Below, piece after piece: positions 38,936 through 49,268 of a stretch of 64,000 nucleotides of DNA (position 1 is its first letter; every line of letters starts with the position of its first letter). A program made the position numbers and the translations under genes. The notes under the pieces were generated by a model. It saw only the letters and a list, made by a program, of their open reading frames with translations. It ran no database searches and had not been told where the DNA came from. The stretch is from the IMG/VR virus record IMGVR_UViG_3300045988_100686, positions 83,680 through 147,679 of that record; one strand, written 5' to 3'. The stretch comes from a virus.

Positions 38936-39385
38936 GTTTTGCTCCTTTTCTTCGTCAGCAGTACCTGCCAGACGAGATTTAATTATAGTTTATACTTCAT
39001 GAGAATAGACTATCTCTTTACATTCCTGATAAAGCTTTTCCATTCCATCATTTACCTTTAGTCTGTTCTTTATTACTGCATCATGAATCTGGCGTATAGC
39101 AAACCAGTTGTGTTCAAAACCATGAGTAAGCAGCCACCACATAGCCAAATTAAGGCGCATCCAGGTGTGGTTGCTCTGTTAATTCAGCTTTTGGTTTAAG
39201 AATACTCGTATAGGCATTAATTATTGATGCTAACATAGTTTATAATCGCCTCTACTTTCACTAAATATTATACCTTACTGTATTAACCCGTGGTTCATCT
39301 TCTAATTTTTTATACCTAAGCCAAAAATATAGAGCCTAAGCAGTTTGAAATAAACCACCAGACTCTATATAATATCTATACCAGA

Positions 39386-40591
39386 TTAAGCAAGCAAACC
39401 ATCAATAGTGTCATTATCAATAACACTTGTTTCATTTACCGGGGTATAACCTAATGCTGCTACTACATTAGCTTTAGTTAAGCTAATAGTACCAGAAGAC
39501 ACAGTTAAGTTAGAGCCAATTTTTACACCACCTTTAACAGATGCTGTAGCATCAGGCAAAGAATATGCAGCTGGAATTGTCGGTTTATTAGTTAAATCGT
39601 TATAACTGCCGCTAGTAGCAACAGTTGATAGACCTGTAATCATAGAAGCTGGATGATTAGTAGGATGCGTATAGACTGTATCCGTAAATTTAGCGTTTTT
39701 GGGTACGGACGTTTCTACTGTTAAATTGTTTACCTTTGAAGCATTTACTGCCGTATCGTTTTTACCTAATTTACCATCTAAGGCTACTTTGATAACCTTG
39801 TTCTGTACAGGGTTAGTAGAGGATGAGGACAGCTCACTGTCCACCGTCGATGGTGCAGGTATTGTCGGTTTGTCTGTAAGGTCATTATAACTTCCGCTTG
39901 TTGCCACACTTGCAAGACCTGTAATCATGCTTGCCGGGTGCGTTGACGGATGTATATACACGGTATCTGTAAATTTAGCTCCGCTTGGAACAGAAGTACC
40001 CAATGTATATGTTGTAGCAACAGGGATACCATTATTAAAGTATACTGGCTGTGTAGCAGAGCCAGCATTGGTGTTCAACTTGTTTGCACTTGTAGCAGCA
40101 GCAGTTTTACCCAAGTATGTAGTAGATGCATCAGTTTTAGTCAGGTAGTCACTCATGTCCATCTTTTGGGTGCCAAGAGTTTCCCACTTACTGTCTACAT
40201 AGATATATTCTGTGTATAGGTTGTTAGTTTCACTACCAGTTTTCAGCAGATATATAGTTGTATTAGATATATCAGACGTTGGTAGCGCGTCAACTACTAA
40301 AATTGCAAATTTAGGAATCGCAGATACCCTACTATCAACTTCAGTCTTTGTATAATAATTGTCTAAGGATTGGTGGCTTGTTAAGGGTGTAATTGTTGTG
40401 CTACCCAACGTAATTACGCCATTACTAATCTTAGCATCAGTGATACCATATCCATCTATGGTATTAGCTTTATCAGCTTTATTTGAAACCTTAGTATCAA
40501 TAGCTGTACTAACCTGAGCAGACGTAGTAAAGTTCGCCTTAATATTTGCGACCAACCTTTCAAGTCCTGTTTGGTCTAGATAAGTTGTCAT
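39386..40591 (-). CDS. tail fiber protein with tandem Phage_fiber_2-type repeats (401 aa)
   Basis: Two units of roughly 100 aa each contain KFTDTVY(I/T)HP..HPASMITGL..VATSGSYNDLT(D/N)KPTIP, a near-exact internal duplication. Confidence 0.6.
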   Translation of the reverse strand: MTTYLDQTGLERLVANIKANFTTSAQVSTAIDTKVSNKADKANTIDGYGITDAKISNGVITLGSTTITPLTSHQSLDNYYTKTEVDSRVSAIPKFAILVVDALPTSDISNTTIYLLKTGSETNNLYTEYIYVDSKWETLGTQKMDMSDYLTKTDASTTYLGKTAAATSANKLNTNAGSATQPVYFNNGIPVATTYTLGTSVPSGAKFTDTVYIHPSTHPASMITGLASVATSGSYNDLTDKPTIPAPSTVDSELSSSSTNPVQNKVIKVALDGKLGKNDTAVNASKVNNLTVETSVPKNAKFTDTVYTHPTNHPASMITGLSTVATSGSYNDLTNKPTIPAAYSLPDATASVKGGVKIGSNLTVSSGTISLTKANVVAALGYTPVNETSVIDNDTIDGLLA

Positions 40592-40611
40592 ATTAAGTAT
40601 CCATTCTTCAC

Positions 40612-40839
40612 TTATTTTTGTATGTCTGCAAACAACGCATCAATTGTTTCATCCGAAATAATTGGGACGCCTGTGTAAGGGAGAAGGCGCCAAGGAGTGG
40701 CACCATCTCCTAGTTTGGAAAACCCAGTATTAGTTTCATATCCTGTTTGTCCATCCTCTAATACTGGATTTTTTGCTCCCCAATTATCGGCAGTATCCCT
40801 GCGTTGTTGCATAATGACATTGAGCACATGTGTAGTCAT
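40612..40839 (-). CDS. stand-alone copy of a fiber N-terminal domain (75 aa; HylP-like N-terminal motif)
   Basis: RRDTADNWGAKNPVLEDGQTGYETNTGFSKLGDGATPWRLLPY parallels the N-terminus of 40855..42030. Confidence 0.4.
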   Translation of the reverse strand: MTTHVLNVIMQQRRDTADNWGAKNPVLEDGQTGYETNTGFSKLGDGATPWRLLPYTGVPIISDETIDALFADIQK

Positions 40840-40854
40840 TATGCCACTCCTTTA

Positions 40855-42030
40855 TTAGAGGGAAGCTGTGCCACCCTCTAGAACTAGAGTATCTCCAGCT
40901 GGAACAAAGAGTTTAGTTGTACTGAGGCTTGCAGCTGCAATTTTATCATCAGTTACAGCTCCAATAGCCAATTTTGCAGTGTTCACAGCTTCATTAGCCA
41001 ATTTTGCAGTGTTCACGGCTCCGTCAGTCAGTTTATCAGTGTTCACAACTCCAGCAGCAATACTTGGTGCAGCTACAGTGCCGGTCAAATCACCTGTAAG
41101 AACATCTTCTTTCTTTGCATATGGGGTGAGATCTGCTGCATCCGTTACACTAATAGTACCATCATCAGTGACAGTTATATTCTTACCAATCTTCACGCTG
41201 CCAAGAGTATCCGCGGAAGCAGCTGGCAGAGTGTAACGCTCACTTGCAAGGACTACCTTATCTTCTACTTTTTTCAGAGCAGCATTAAGGGAGTCTGTTT
41301 CCTCAAAGTAGGTACCAGTATAACCAGTCATTGCAGTGACATCACTGGATTTGTGTGTATGTGCCTCAGGTCTAAACTCAGTTGGCTTATTTTCTACTCC
41401 AGACCAGTCAATAGCAGTTGCACGGCCAGCAGTGTATTCAGTGAACGCTTCAGCAGTACCAAGTTTAGTCTCATCAGAAACAAGGTACAGGATACCTGTC
41501 TCAGTTACTTTTACAGTATCACCATTCTGTACATCTTTAGTAGTTAGTGCAAATCTTCCAGCATCATTAGTTACCAATACCAAATTATCCAGTGCACCCT
41601 TTGGCAGACGTGCAATATCAATAGTACCAGTAGTAATCTTTGAAGCATCCAAATTTGCCAGAGTAGCATTGATTTCAATGTTTTTAGAGCCATCAAAAGT
41701 TGCAGCGCCAGTAACAGCACCACTCAATGCAATATTTCTAGCAACAGCAAGTTTATCTGCAGTCTCTGCAGCATTAGCTTTACCGCCGTCGAACTTAGCT
41801 TCCAGTGCTGCAATAGCGTCCTCAAGACGTTTATCTACATATGGAAGGCCATTCCACGCAGTTGTACCATCACCGAATTTTACTCGGTTGGTATCTGTTT
41901 CTCTACCTGCTTCATTTTGCAGTAGGACAGGATTTACGTTTCTCCAATTTTCAGCAGTGTCACCACGGAACGTAAATCTAATTTTCAGGTTGTTTAAAGC
42001 CACTAGCATTTCCTCCTTGAATGACCTCAA
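40855..42030 (-). CDS. tail fiber protein (391 aa) with HylP-like N-terminal domain and (A/G)VNT(A/D)KL repeats
   Basis: RGDTAENWRNVNPVLLQNEAGRETDTNRVKFGDGTTAWNGLPY is present. Repeats AVNTAKLANEAVNTAKLAIGAV are also present. Confidence 0.55.
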   Translation of the reverse strand: MRSFKEEMLVALNNLKIRFTFRGDTAENWRNVNPVLLQNEAGRETDTNRVKFGDGTTAWNGLPYVDKRLEDAIAALEAKFDGGKANAAETADKLAVARNIALSGAVTGAATFDGSKNIEINATLANLDASKITTGTIDIARLPKGALDNLVLVTNDAGRFALTTKDVQNGDTVKVTETGILYLVSDETKLGTAEAFTEYTAGRATAIDWSGVENKPTEFRPEAHTHKSSDVTAMTGYTGTYFEETDSLNAALKKVEDKVVLASERYTLPAASADTLGSVKIGKNITVTDDGTISVTDAADLTPYAKKEDVLTGDLTGTVAAPSIAAGVVNTDKLTDGAVNTAKLANEAVNTAKLAIGAVTDDKIAAASLSTTKLFVPAGDTLVLEGGTASL

Positions 42031-42508
42031 TGGAATTTAAGATTTCTTCAACTTGATTAGTAATTTTATATTCTAATTCCTCAGCGCTCAAACCTGGAGC
42101 GCAAGGAACATAAGAAACAGCATCATCGCTCCACCTGTACAGCTCATTGGTTTCCTTGATTATATATAACCCATTTTCAATACCAATAGCTGGAAGGTTA
42201 GCCTTTGTTTCTACCGCATTAACACTACTATTATCACCTGTGACAGGAGAATACTCATTATCAACAAACGCATATAGACAACCATTAGATTTGTCTAAAT
42301 ATAAGTACCGAGGGTCACCCGTTAGCGGAAACTTATCAAAGCTTTCCGCAATAATCAACTGAGTAGTGTTACCCTGTTCACTGAGCCACTCTGTTAGGGT
42401 TTTGCCCGTTCGGTGATTTATGACCACCTTATCTGCGCTAATTGCATTGAGATAGTTTTTCTTATTTAATGCGGAGAATGTGATATTTAATGTAGAAGTC
42501 AACCTCAA
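41978..42508 (-). CDS. virion-associated protein (176 aa)
   Basis: ORF track. It overlaps its neighbours. Confidence 0.45.
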   Translation of the reverse strand: MRLTSTLNITFSALNKKNYLNAISADKVVINHRTGKTLTEWLSEQGNTTQLIIAESFDKFPLTGDPRYLYLDKSNGCLYAFVDNEYSPVTGDNSSVNAVETKANLPAIGIENGLYIIKETNELYRWSDDAVSYVPCAPGLSAEELEYKITNQVEEILNSIEVIQGGNASGFKQPEN

Positions 42509-43368
42509 CCCTCCGCAACTATTCTGTCTATAGTAGCAGTATCTATAGCTGTATTTACAGTTTCCCCACTGCCGCCACTTCCTGGTGTACCAACATATAC
42601 CTTTCCAGTGCCAAGTATTTCGAGTGTTAGAGCATTAACTTTACCTATAGCTAGGTTTATATTATTCTCAACAACTTCTAATGTGCCACCAACAACAGTT
42701 GCAGTGATTGCAGCAGATACACTACGTAAATCGATATACACACGCACTAAACGACTATACCCACTAACATATACACAGCCACTTACATCAATAGTTAAGT
42801 TTCCTGTTGGTGTTACATAATATACTGACGTAGTATCATTTACAGCCAACGTGTTATTAACTGATGTTAACTTATCATGCAATGGCGCATCTACCATTAT
42901 GTATGAACTTATTGGAGAAAGTGTATTTATTTTGATAGTACTTATAGAATTACCAAACTCTTCAGTACCCTTGTAGAAAGTGTCAGTTTGAGGTGGCTTA
43001 GGTGTACCATACACAGTAATATCCCCGTTATCATCCGGGGACTTTCCACAGATAGTTCTAACAATGCCTTTAAGTGTGCCACCTAGATCATCCCAAGTGG
43101 TACCATTCCAGGTAAAGTTCATACCTGCAGCGTGAGTACCGTCACCATTTGTTACAGAATAGGTCCATCCAACAGCTGGATTCTCAGGGAGGTCAGAGTA
43201 GTTTTCAACCACTCCCTTCCAAACAAGCACAGACGCCAATCCTAGTTGAGCAGCTGTAACTTCATGCGGATTCTCAGTGTTAGCAGCGTGGGACTTTAAA
43301 ACCTCAATAACTTCATCTACAGTGTGAACAGTGACTGCTTGTGTAGGAGTGCTTGTAAACTTATCCAC
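42505..43368 (-). CDS. virion structural protein (287 aa)
   Basis: ORF track. Confidence 0.5.
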   Translation of the reverse strand: MDKFTSTPTQAVTVHTVDEVIEVLKSHAANTENPHEVTAAQLGLASVLVWKGVVENYSDLPENPAVGWTYSVTNGDGTHAAGMNFTWNGTTWDDLGGTLKGIVRTICGKSPDDNGDITVYGTPKPPQTDTFYKGTEEFGNSISTIKINTLSPISSYIMVDAPLHDKLTSVNNTLAVNDTTSVYYVTPTGNLTIDVSGCVYVSGYSRLVRVYIDLRSVSAAITATVVGGTLEVVENNINLAIGKVNALTLEILGTGKVYVGTPGSGGSGETVNTAIDTATIDRIVAEG

Positions 43369-43379
43369 ATTATCACCCC

Positions 43380-44897
43380 TTAGTTAAGCTTAACTGCCAA
43401 AACAAGTACATTTCCGCCAGATTTGATTGTATTTGCATCAAACCATAGTACGCAACTAGTATCTGTCTGATCCATGCGTTCCATCGCTAACGGTTTGTAC
43501 ACATTGGTATTTGCTACATACAGTATGTTAACCGGCATTATGACTGCGTTTATTTGCATTCCGAGCAGATTATCCTGCGCAGAATCTACCTTCCAGAAAT
43601 CTTTATTACTATTATACCTGGGTCCAGAATACATTTGCATAACAGGTATACGCGCAACATTTTCTGCGAGCGAGTTAACCTGTTCCTGCATATCAGCTAC
43701 TGCTAGTTCTATATGACCATCAGAAAGCTTGTTTAGATATTTCTGCAAATCAAACTCTGCAGAAAAATTAAACAAATTAGCCATATATTCGGTCTGATTC
43801 TTTGTGTAGAAAACCCTCAAATATGAATTTTCCGCTACAACAGGACCAGGAACAGTTGATACTATTTTAGTATATTCCTCTGCTAATGGATATGCTACCT
43901 CAATGTTTGCAAGTATAGTTGCATCTATATGTTCTGGGAAAGTAAATGTAAGCCTATCATTTAATGCTGATGATATTACTGTACCAACATTTGTCTGAAT
44001 GTAATCACGTTTTGCAAGGTCTATTGGTGGCACAGTGATCATAGATGCCACATAGGTTATATCGTCTGCCCAGTATCCATCAAGATCTCCCACCTTGACT
44101 GAATGAATACACTTTTTAAGTGTAGCTCCGTGTCTATTTACAATTATCTGGTCACAAAGATTACCCAGTCTGTATAGCTTAAACCCAGTATATCCGATAT
44201 TGGTAGCTACGCCTTTGCAATCCTTGATATTGATACGAATAGCTTCAACAGGATCAAAGATTGCAGGGTCAGACAGCGTGCCACTGTTCATATTCACTTC
44301 ATACGCAGAAAATATGATTTCAGGAGCATCCCCAGTAATAACATTCGACATGTCCATACATTTTTCTACTGTAGTGGAGAGTGTGAAACGCTTCATGTAG
44401 CGCTCGTCACTTTCAGCCTTAGTGTATGAACCAGCTGCATTTTCTTCAAGATACTTTGCTGCCGCTTCCGCACGATTTGCAGCATCGTTTACTAGGCTAA
44501 CATACTGGGCATAGGCGTCACTGTCATACGCATTGTCATCTTTGACTGGATAGGGAGTAGGACGGAGAATGTCCATAGCATTGTTTTCTACTGTAAATGC
44601 TAGTGTTTGTGTTGTAGCAACAGTATCAGCGTCTTTGCATCCTATCAAGCTAACAAAGAATACCCCCGGGTTTCCAAGAATGTTAGTTGGAATAGGGACG
44701 TACACGTCTGGTTGAATATGTGTGCGATACGCTACTCTGTCTGTGCGAGTAAATACCGCTGTAATCTCCAATCCTTCCCAGCCGTACCCTGGATCAAAGA
44801 TAAACTTCATGAATGCATCATTGCGACTTCCAGCAGGTATTAAACAGGAAGCCTGTGTGCTAATCTGTCGATCTTTGACATTTATATCAATATTCAT
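43380..44897 (-). CDS. baseplate/tail structural protein (505 aa)
   Basis: ORF track. Call based on context only. Confidence 0.5.
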   Translation of the reverse strand: MNIDINVKDRQISTQASCLIPAGSRNDAFMKFIFDPGYGWEGLEITAVFTRTDRVAYRTHIQPDVYVPIPTNILGNPGVFFVSLIGCKDADTVATTQTLAFTVENNAMDILRPTPYPVKDDNAYDSDAYAQYVSLVNDAANRAEAAAKYLEENAAGSYTKAESDERYMKRFTLSTTVEKCMDMSNVITGDAPEIIFSAYEVNMNSGTLSDPAIFDPVEAIRINIKDCKGVATNIGYTGFKLYRLGNLCDQIIVNRHGATLKKCIHSVKVGDLDGYWADDITYVASMITVPPIDLAKRDYIQTNVGTVISSALNDRLTFTFPEHIDATILANIEVAYPLAEEYTKIVSTVPGPVVAENSYLRVFYTKNQTEYMANLFNFSAEFDLQKYLNKLSDGHIELAVADMQEQVNSLAENVARIPVMQMYSGPRYNSNKDFWKVDSAQDNLLGMQINAVIMPVNILYVANTNVYKPLAMERMDQTDTSCVLWFDANTIKSGGNVLVLAVKLN

Positions 44898-45481
44898 TAC
44901 TCAGTACCTCTATGTTTAACAATGTAATTCTGGAGCTCCTCAGGAGTGCGCTCTTGTGAAGTGACGTATTCTTGTTCTTTCCAGCCATCACGACGAATTT
45001 CGTCAATATACTTCGCACAAGCATTTTGTACGAGTTTTACCTCTTCAGCATTCAGTGTAAACAGATGCCGCTCAGGATTCTTTTGATATCTACCGCGTAA
45101 TTGCCACGTTCTATCAGGATTATCAATACTCTCATTGTAATACGTATTTAGATTAATCTGATCTTCAAGCTCACAGTTAAAAATAATATAACTGTCCTTG
45201 AGTTTTACAACGAATCCAGCCAAGATCTTTGCACGAGTCTCTTCACGGACAATCTCTTGAGCACGACATCTCAGTTCTACTAGTGAAGCTCGTTGAAGCC
45301 ATGTTTTATACTCGATTTTCTTTGTATTCCAATTGTATACCCAGTTATGATCTCTGGATACTAAAACAAAATCATTTTTACTGAGTTCTACAGCCTCAGG
45401 CGGAACTGTCTGATATTCTTGTATGTAACACCCCTGACACTCACCAGAGGTAGCATCAAATAGGCAAAAATAATGATTCAT
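44897..45481 (-). CDS. hypothetical protein (194 aa)
   Basis: ORF track. Confidence 0.5.
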   Translation of the reverse strand: MNHYFCLFDATSGECQGCYIQEYQTVPPEAVELSKNDFVLVSRDHNWVYNWNTKKIEYKTWLQRASLVELRCRAQEIVREETRAKILAGFVVKLKDSYIIFNCELEDQINLNTYYNESIDNPDRTWQLRGRYQKNPERHLFTLNAEEVKLVQNACAKYIDEIRRDGWKEQEYVTSQERTPEELQNYIVKHRGTE

Positions 45482-45482
45482 A

Positions 45483-46445
45483 TTATACCCTCCCCTGGAT
45501 TGACCACATTACATAAGAATCTACTGCTAAATTGGAGCATTCATAGGAAAAACCCTTGTTAGTAAAAGCTGTTACAGATACACTCCCAGACATCGTAGTT
45601 GGTTCAACCAGTGTTGTAGATATATTAAAAGGGGTAGTAGAATCTGCAAGAGCTACAGGAAAAATAATTTCTCCCTTCAACTTACCTACAGGAGTAGTTC
45701 CCCATTCTGATACAAGACCATCTTTAGTAATACTATACCCAGTAGGTTCTAGCAGAGTATCTTGAGCATAAGTGTCACTTGCGACATTAACTGCCTCAGT
45801 TAGCTCTTGGGCAGCCTCCATTACCTGCGCAGATGTAATTTTTGTTGCAGTTTCTTGTAGTCCTGCAGTATATCTGATGCATAACGTGAAATTCACGGTT
45901 GCAGGACGTGGAGAAGACGCTGTAGCAGAGTTGTTTGTGGTATACATTTCATTACTTGTAATACATTGACCTTTTGTTGGTGGATTTCCAGAACCTGGGC
46001 CCCAGTTACCTCCTCTGCCATTCCACCCAATCCCAGTACTACCTGTAGGATATGTTGCATTTGTGTAGTTTAACCAACCCCAAGTACCATTGTTGGTTGA
46101 CCAGCTTCCAATTGCATGATAGTGAACATTAGAATATGTGGCCTTGGTAAACGTAGTATTACTACTCAGACTAGTTCCTGCTATGATTCCAATAATTTTA
46201 GGCAGTCTAAATGTAGAAGATCCATTTCCAGAACTAAATTTTGATACAGAACCATTAGTAGATAATTCGTTTTGCCAATTTGCGTCTGTTAAAACAGTAG
46301 TATTAGCTGATGCCCACTCCCATAACTCCGAATATTGTGTGCGGCTAACCTCAGTACCGTCAGAGATAGAAATGAACCCAGGTGGGATAATATTGCCTAA
46401 TGCTATCTTTACTTCCCCAACTCTTCCGGGTAATACTTCCGCCAT
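45483..46445 (-). CDS. tail fiber protein (320 aa) sharing a recombined block with 19960..21540
   Basis: YHAIGSWSTNNGTWGWLNYTNATYPTGSTGIGWNGRGGNWGPGSGNPPTKGQCITS is near-identical to the block in 19960..21540. The collar-like TFRLPKI is also present. Confidence 0.55.
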   Translation of the reverse strand: MAEVLPGRVGEVKIALGNIIPPGFISISDGTEVSRTQYSELWEWASANTTVLTDANWQNELSTNGSVSKFSSGNGSSTFRLPKIIGIIAGTSLSSNTTFTKATYSNVHYHAIGSWSTNNGTWGWLNYTNATYPTGSTGIGWNGRGGNWGPGSGNPPTKGQCITSNEMYTTNNSATASSPRPATVNFTLCIRYTAGLQETATKITSAQVMEAAQELTEAVNVASDTYAQDTLLEPTGYSITKDGLVSEWGTTPVGKLKGEIIFPVALADSTTPFNISTTLVEPTTMSGSVSVTAFTNKGFSYECSNLAVDSYVMWSIQGRV

Positions 46446-46684
46446 TAGTCTAGCTCCTTTCCTTGACTAAAATTTGCATCTACAAAATCTTCAGGATCAT
46501 AACATGGATTTTCTAATGCTAATTCTATGCTTGCCCAGTCATGAAAAATATAATTAGGATCATCTGCAGTAGCTGCGGTACTACCATCCTCTACTCCACG
46601 AAGATATACTTCACGAAGCAGTCTAAACAAGTAGTCATCCGAAGACCTTAGTGCTTCATAAATATTATCAAACATCTTACTCAC
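46445..46684 (-). CDS. small hypothetical protein (79 aa)
   Basis: ORF track. Confidence 0.4.
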   Translation of the reverse strand: MSKMFDNIYEALRSSDDYLFRLLREVYLRGVEDGSTAATADDPNYIFHDWASIELALENPCYDPEDFVDANFSQGKELD

Positions 46685-47222
46685 CTATTGCCTCTGGGTG
46701 ATAATGGAACCAAATTGCCATTCCACGAATGACATTACCGCCAGCTTTCAATTCACCATCGCTATCTTTTAGAAGCATAAGATCCCAACGGCAGTCAGGG
46801 TCAGGTCCTCCAAGCCCATACCCATCTTCATCTGCTATTTCACCGTGAGTCATAACATCTGGAACTGACATATCAAACCCTAATTCCTCGCATAAGATAC
46901 ATACAACTTTAGCCATTGCACTTATTTGTTCATCAGTAGGAGGTTCATGTCCAAAATCCACGTTTGATCTACTATATGCGACTGCGTCATAGCAACACAT
47001 AATGGATACTGCGATTGATCCTGTATTGTGCTGCCATGTGGCCGCGAGTCTATCAGTAAACGGGTGCATTACATGAACATCTCCATGTTTGCCAATGCTA
47101 ATATGATACGCTGATTCAATATTATCATATCTACCAGCAGACCAATGCAAAAATATCCGTTTTAAACCCTCATGTCTATATTGTCTAGCAATCTCACGAA
47201 GTTTAGAATAACTTACTTTCAT
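46677..47222 (-). CDS. N-acetylmuramoyl-L-alanine amidase (amidase_2/PGRP fold), single-domain T7-lysozyme-like endolysin
   Basis: IFLHWSAG, AYHISI and ATWQHNTGSIAVSIMCC parallel T7 gp3.5 IFVHCSAT, GYHFII and GSHAKGYNHNSIGVCLVGG. No cell-wall-binding domain is present. Confidence 0.65.
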   Translation of the reverse strand: MKVSYSKLREIARQYRHEGLKRIFLHWSAGRYDNIESAYHISIGKHGDVHVMHPFTDRLAATWQHNTGSIAVSIMCCYDAVAYSRSNVDFGHEPPTDEQISAMAKVVCILCEELGFDMSVPDVMTHGEIADEDGYGLGGPDPDCRWDLMLLKDSDGELKAGGNVIRGMAIWFHYHPEAIGE

Positions 47223-47233
47223 ATTATATCACC

Positions 47234-49162
47234 TTATTCAAATGGATTTTCTCCAGTAGCAGCTACAACAAGTTTTCCATCAAATGCTGTCTTTGCTACT
47301 AATTTTATTGTATTTTCATTAAATAATACTGTAGCCATTGTTGACTCATAGAATCCGTCAGCACGTAGTCTATACGGGTTACCAACAGGGTATCGAAAAG
47401 GTAGACTCAGTACAAGCTCGCTATACCCTTCAGGATTCGCCTGCCATGAAGCAGAAACAAAGTCTACTGTAAGCAGTTTCGCCGGAATAGTAGCATCCGT
47501 CTTAATTTTTGGGACACGAATCTGCAGATCAGTTGCCTCAGTAATAACACCACTTGTAACTTTTATAAGTGTCAATGGATAATCACTGTCATCTGCTAGT
47601 TTTGCCAGTTCAGTGATGATAGGCTGTGAAGAATATGATGCATACCATACATCCCCGAGTTCAGTAACAACTGGCACAATAAAACCAGAATTTACAACTG
47701 AAAGGGTATATGTATCACCTACAGCAAACGGGCCATATATAAGTCTAAATGTTACACCATCTACAGTTACAGGATTTGAATTTGAAATACCTTCAAGTGT
47801 GCGTCCGTCAGATGTAACACTATATATGATATCAAGATCAGTTACCTCAGTAATAGTTACTACAAAAGTATCTCCAATATCAAAAGTAGCAACGCCGCTT
47901 TGATCACATCCTATAAACCCTTGGCCAGTTTTAGCTGTTTGTACCAGGATTTTAGCATAATCATGGGTGAAGTTCCTTGCGTACATACTTGTACGGACAT
48001 CTGTACCATTTATGTAGCATACACCAGTAACATACTCTCCGACACTTGGACCAGTAACTCCATAATTGAAGTCCAAACCGTCATAAGTCCAGTTTCCGTA
48101 GAGAGTCTTTGCACTTACTGAATTTACTGAGTCCCCGGGATCGCCTTTCTCACCCTGCGGACCCTGCGGGCCGCGAGGACCAATAGGGCCCTGTGGACCT
48201 TGCTCACCTTGTGGACCGGTGTCTCCACGGTCGCCCTTATCACCCTTCTCACCTTTTTCACCTTGAGGTCCTACTGGACCTTGAATAACTGTGAGTCCGA
48301 TAACATCATCAACACTATGAGTATGACCAACGTTAGACTTATTATCTAATGCGGCTTGCAAAGAGAGTACATCTGAGATACTATGATTATGTTTCAGAGG
48401 ATTACGTGCATCAGAAAGACGTGGATCTTGATCTGTAACAAATCTATTTAGGGCACCAGGTGTACCCGCAGTACCCTTCATAGCCTCAACATATTGGCTA
48501 ACGTCTTTTAAAATTGCAGAAACATTTGCGCGAAACTCTATTTTGTTGTTATCAACTACTACTGGAGTGACAGTATCAGTTTCTAGGAACTCAATGTTCC
48601 CACCCCAAGTAAGCGGATATGCACTCTCACCCTGAGCAGTAAGACCACCAACAGCCTTTACCTGTGTAGGATGAGGAATCATATCTAGCTTCTGTTTATC
48701 ATCCTTGGATAATAGTCCATCGGAAGAAATAGTAGCAAGTCTAGGTCTTCCTTTAATTACTCCCCAGTCAATGACTTCCCCAGTTGCAGCGTCTAACAGT
48801 TCAGATTTAGTCCATACATTGCCATCAATATAGTTACCTACTCTGATTAGTTCATTAATAGTTGAAGCATCTACTCTTGATGCAACAGGAATATATCTAG
48901 CGTGAAATGAGCCTCCCACGTCGTTTGCTGCAAAGATAAGAATACCTTTAGCAGCAACGTAATCGTAGTCTGCACGATAATCAAAGAGTGCTTGGCCTGT
49001 AAGCGGTTCTCCTGAGAAGATCAGAGTAATCCCAGTAATAGCTAAAGTATCTTTCTTTGGTATGTGGTCTAAGTATACCTTTCTAGTACTTGGGACGGTA
49101 AAATCTTGTTCGTAAACAGAAGTACGTGACTCGTCCAAATTATATAGAGGAGACAGGTTCAC
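47234..49162 (-). CDS. tail fiber protein with collagen-like G-X-Y repeat (642 aa)
   Basis: [50 protein letters not shown] gives about 17 uninterrupted GXY triplets. AAAGGAGG lies upstream. Confidence 0.65.
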   Translation of the reverse strand: MNLSPLYNLDESRTSVYEQDFTVPSTRKVYLDHIPKKDTLAITGITLIFSGEPLTGQALFDYRADYDYVAAKGILIFAANDVGGSFHARYIPVASRVDASTINELIRVGNYIDGNVWTKSELLDAATGEVIDWGVIKGRPRLATISSDGLLSKDDKQKLDMIPHPTQVKAVGGLTAQGESAYPLTWGGNIEFLETDTVTPVVVDNNKIEFRANVSAILKDVSQYVEAMKGTAGTPGALNRFVTDQDPRLSDARNPLKHNHSISDVLSLQAALDNKSNVGHTHSVDDVIGLTVIQGPVGPQGEKGEKGDKGDRGDTGPQGEQGPQGPIGPRGPQGPQGEKGDPGDSVNSVSAKTLYGNWTYDGLDFNYGVTGPSVGEYVTGVCYINGTDVRTSMYARNFTHDYAKILVQTAKTGQGFIGCDQSGVATFDIGDTFVVTITEVTDLDIIYSVTSDGRTLEGISNSNPVTVDGVTFRLIYGPFAVGDTYTLSVVNSGFIVPVVTELGDVWYASYSSQPIITELAKLADDSDYPLTLIKVTSGVITEATDLQIRVPKIKTDATIPAKLLTVDFVSASWQANPEGYSELVLSLPFRYPVGNPYRLRADGFYESTMATVLFNENTIKLVAKTAFDGKLVVAATGENPFE

Positions 49163-49189
49163 TATTTCAACCTCCTTTGTTAATCTCTA

Positions 49190-49240
49190 AAATGTATTAT
49201 ACCTGACATGTATAGGTATAATAGTATTATCAGATGAATG
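49190..49240. promoter_or_regulatory. divergent promoter region (GGTATAAT on both strands)
   Basis: The plus strand carries taGGTATAATag about 40 nt before ATG 49269. The minus strand carries GGTATAATac about 30 nt before ATG 49162. Confidence 0.4.
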
Positions 49241-49268
49241 AAACCCTTGATAAATTGGAGGTATTTTA

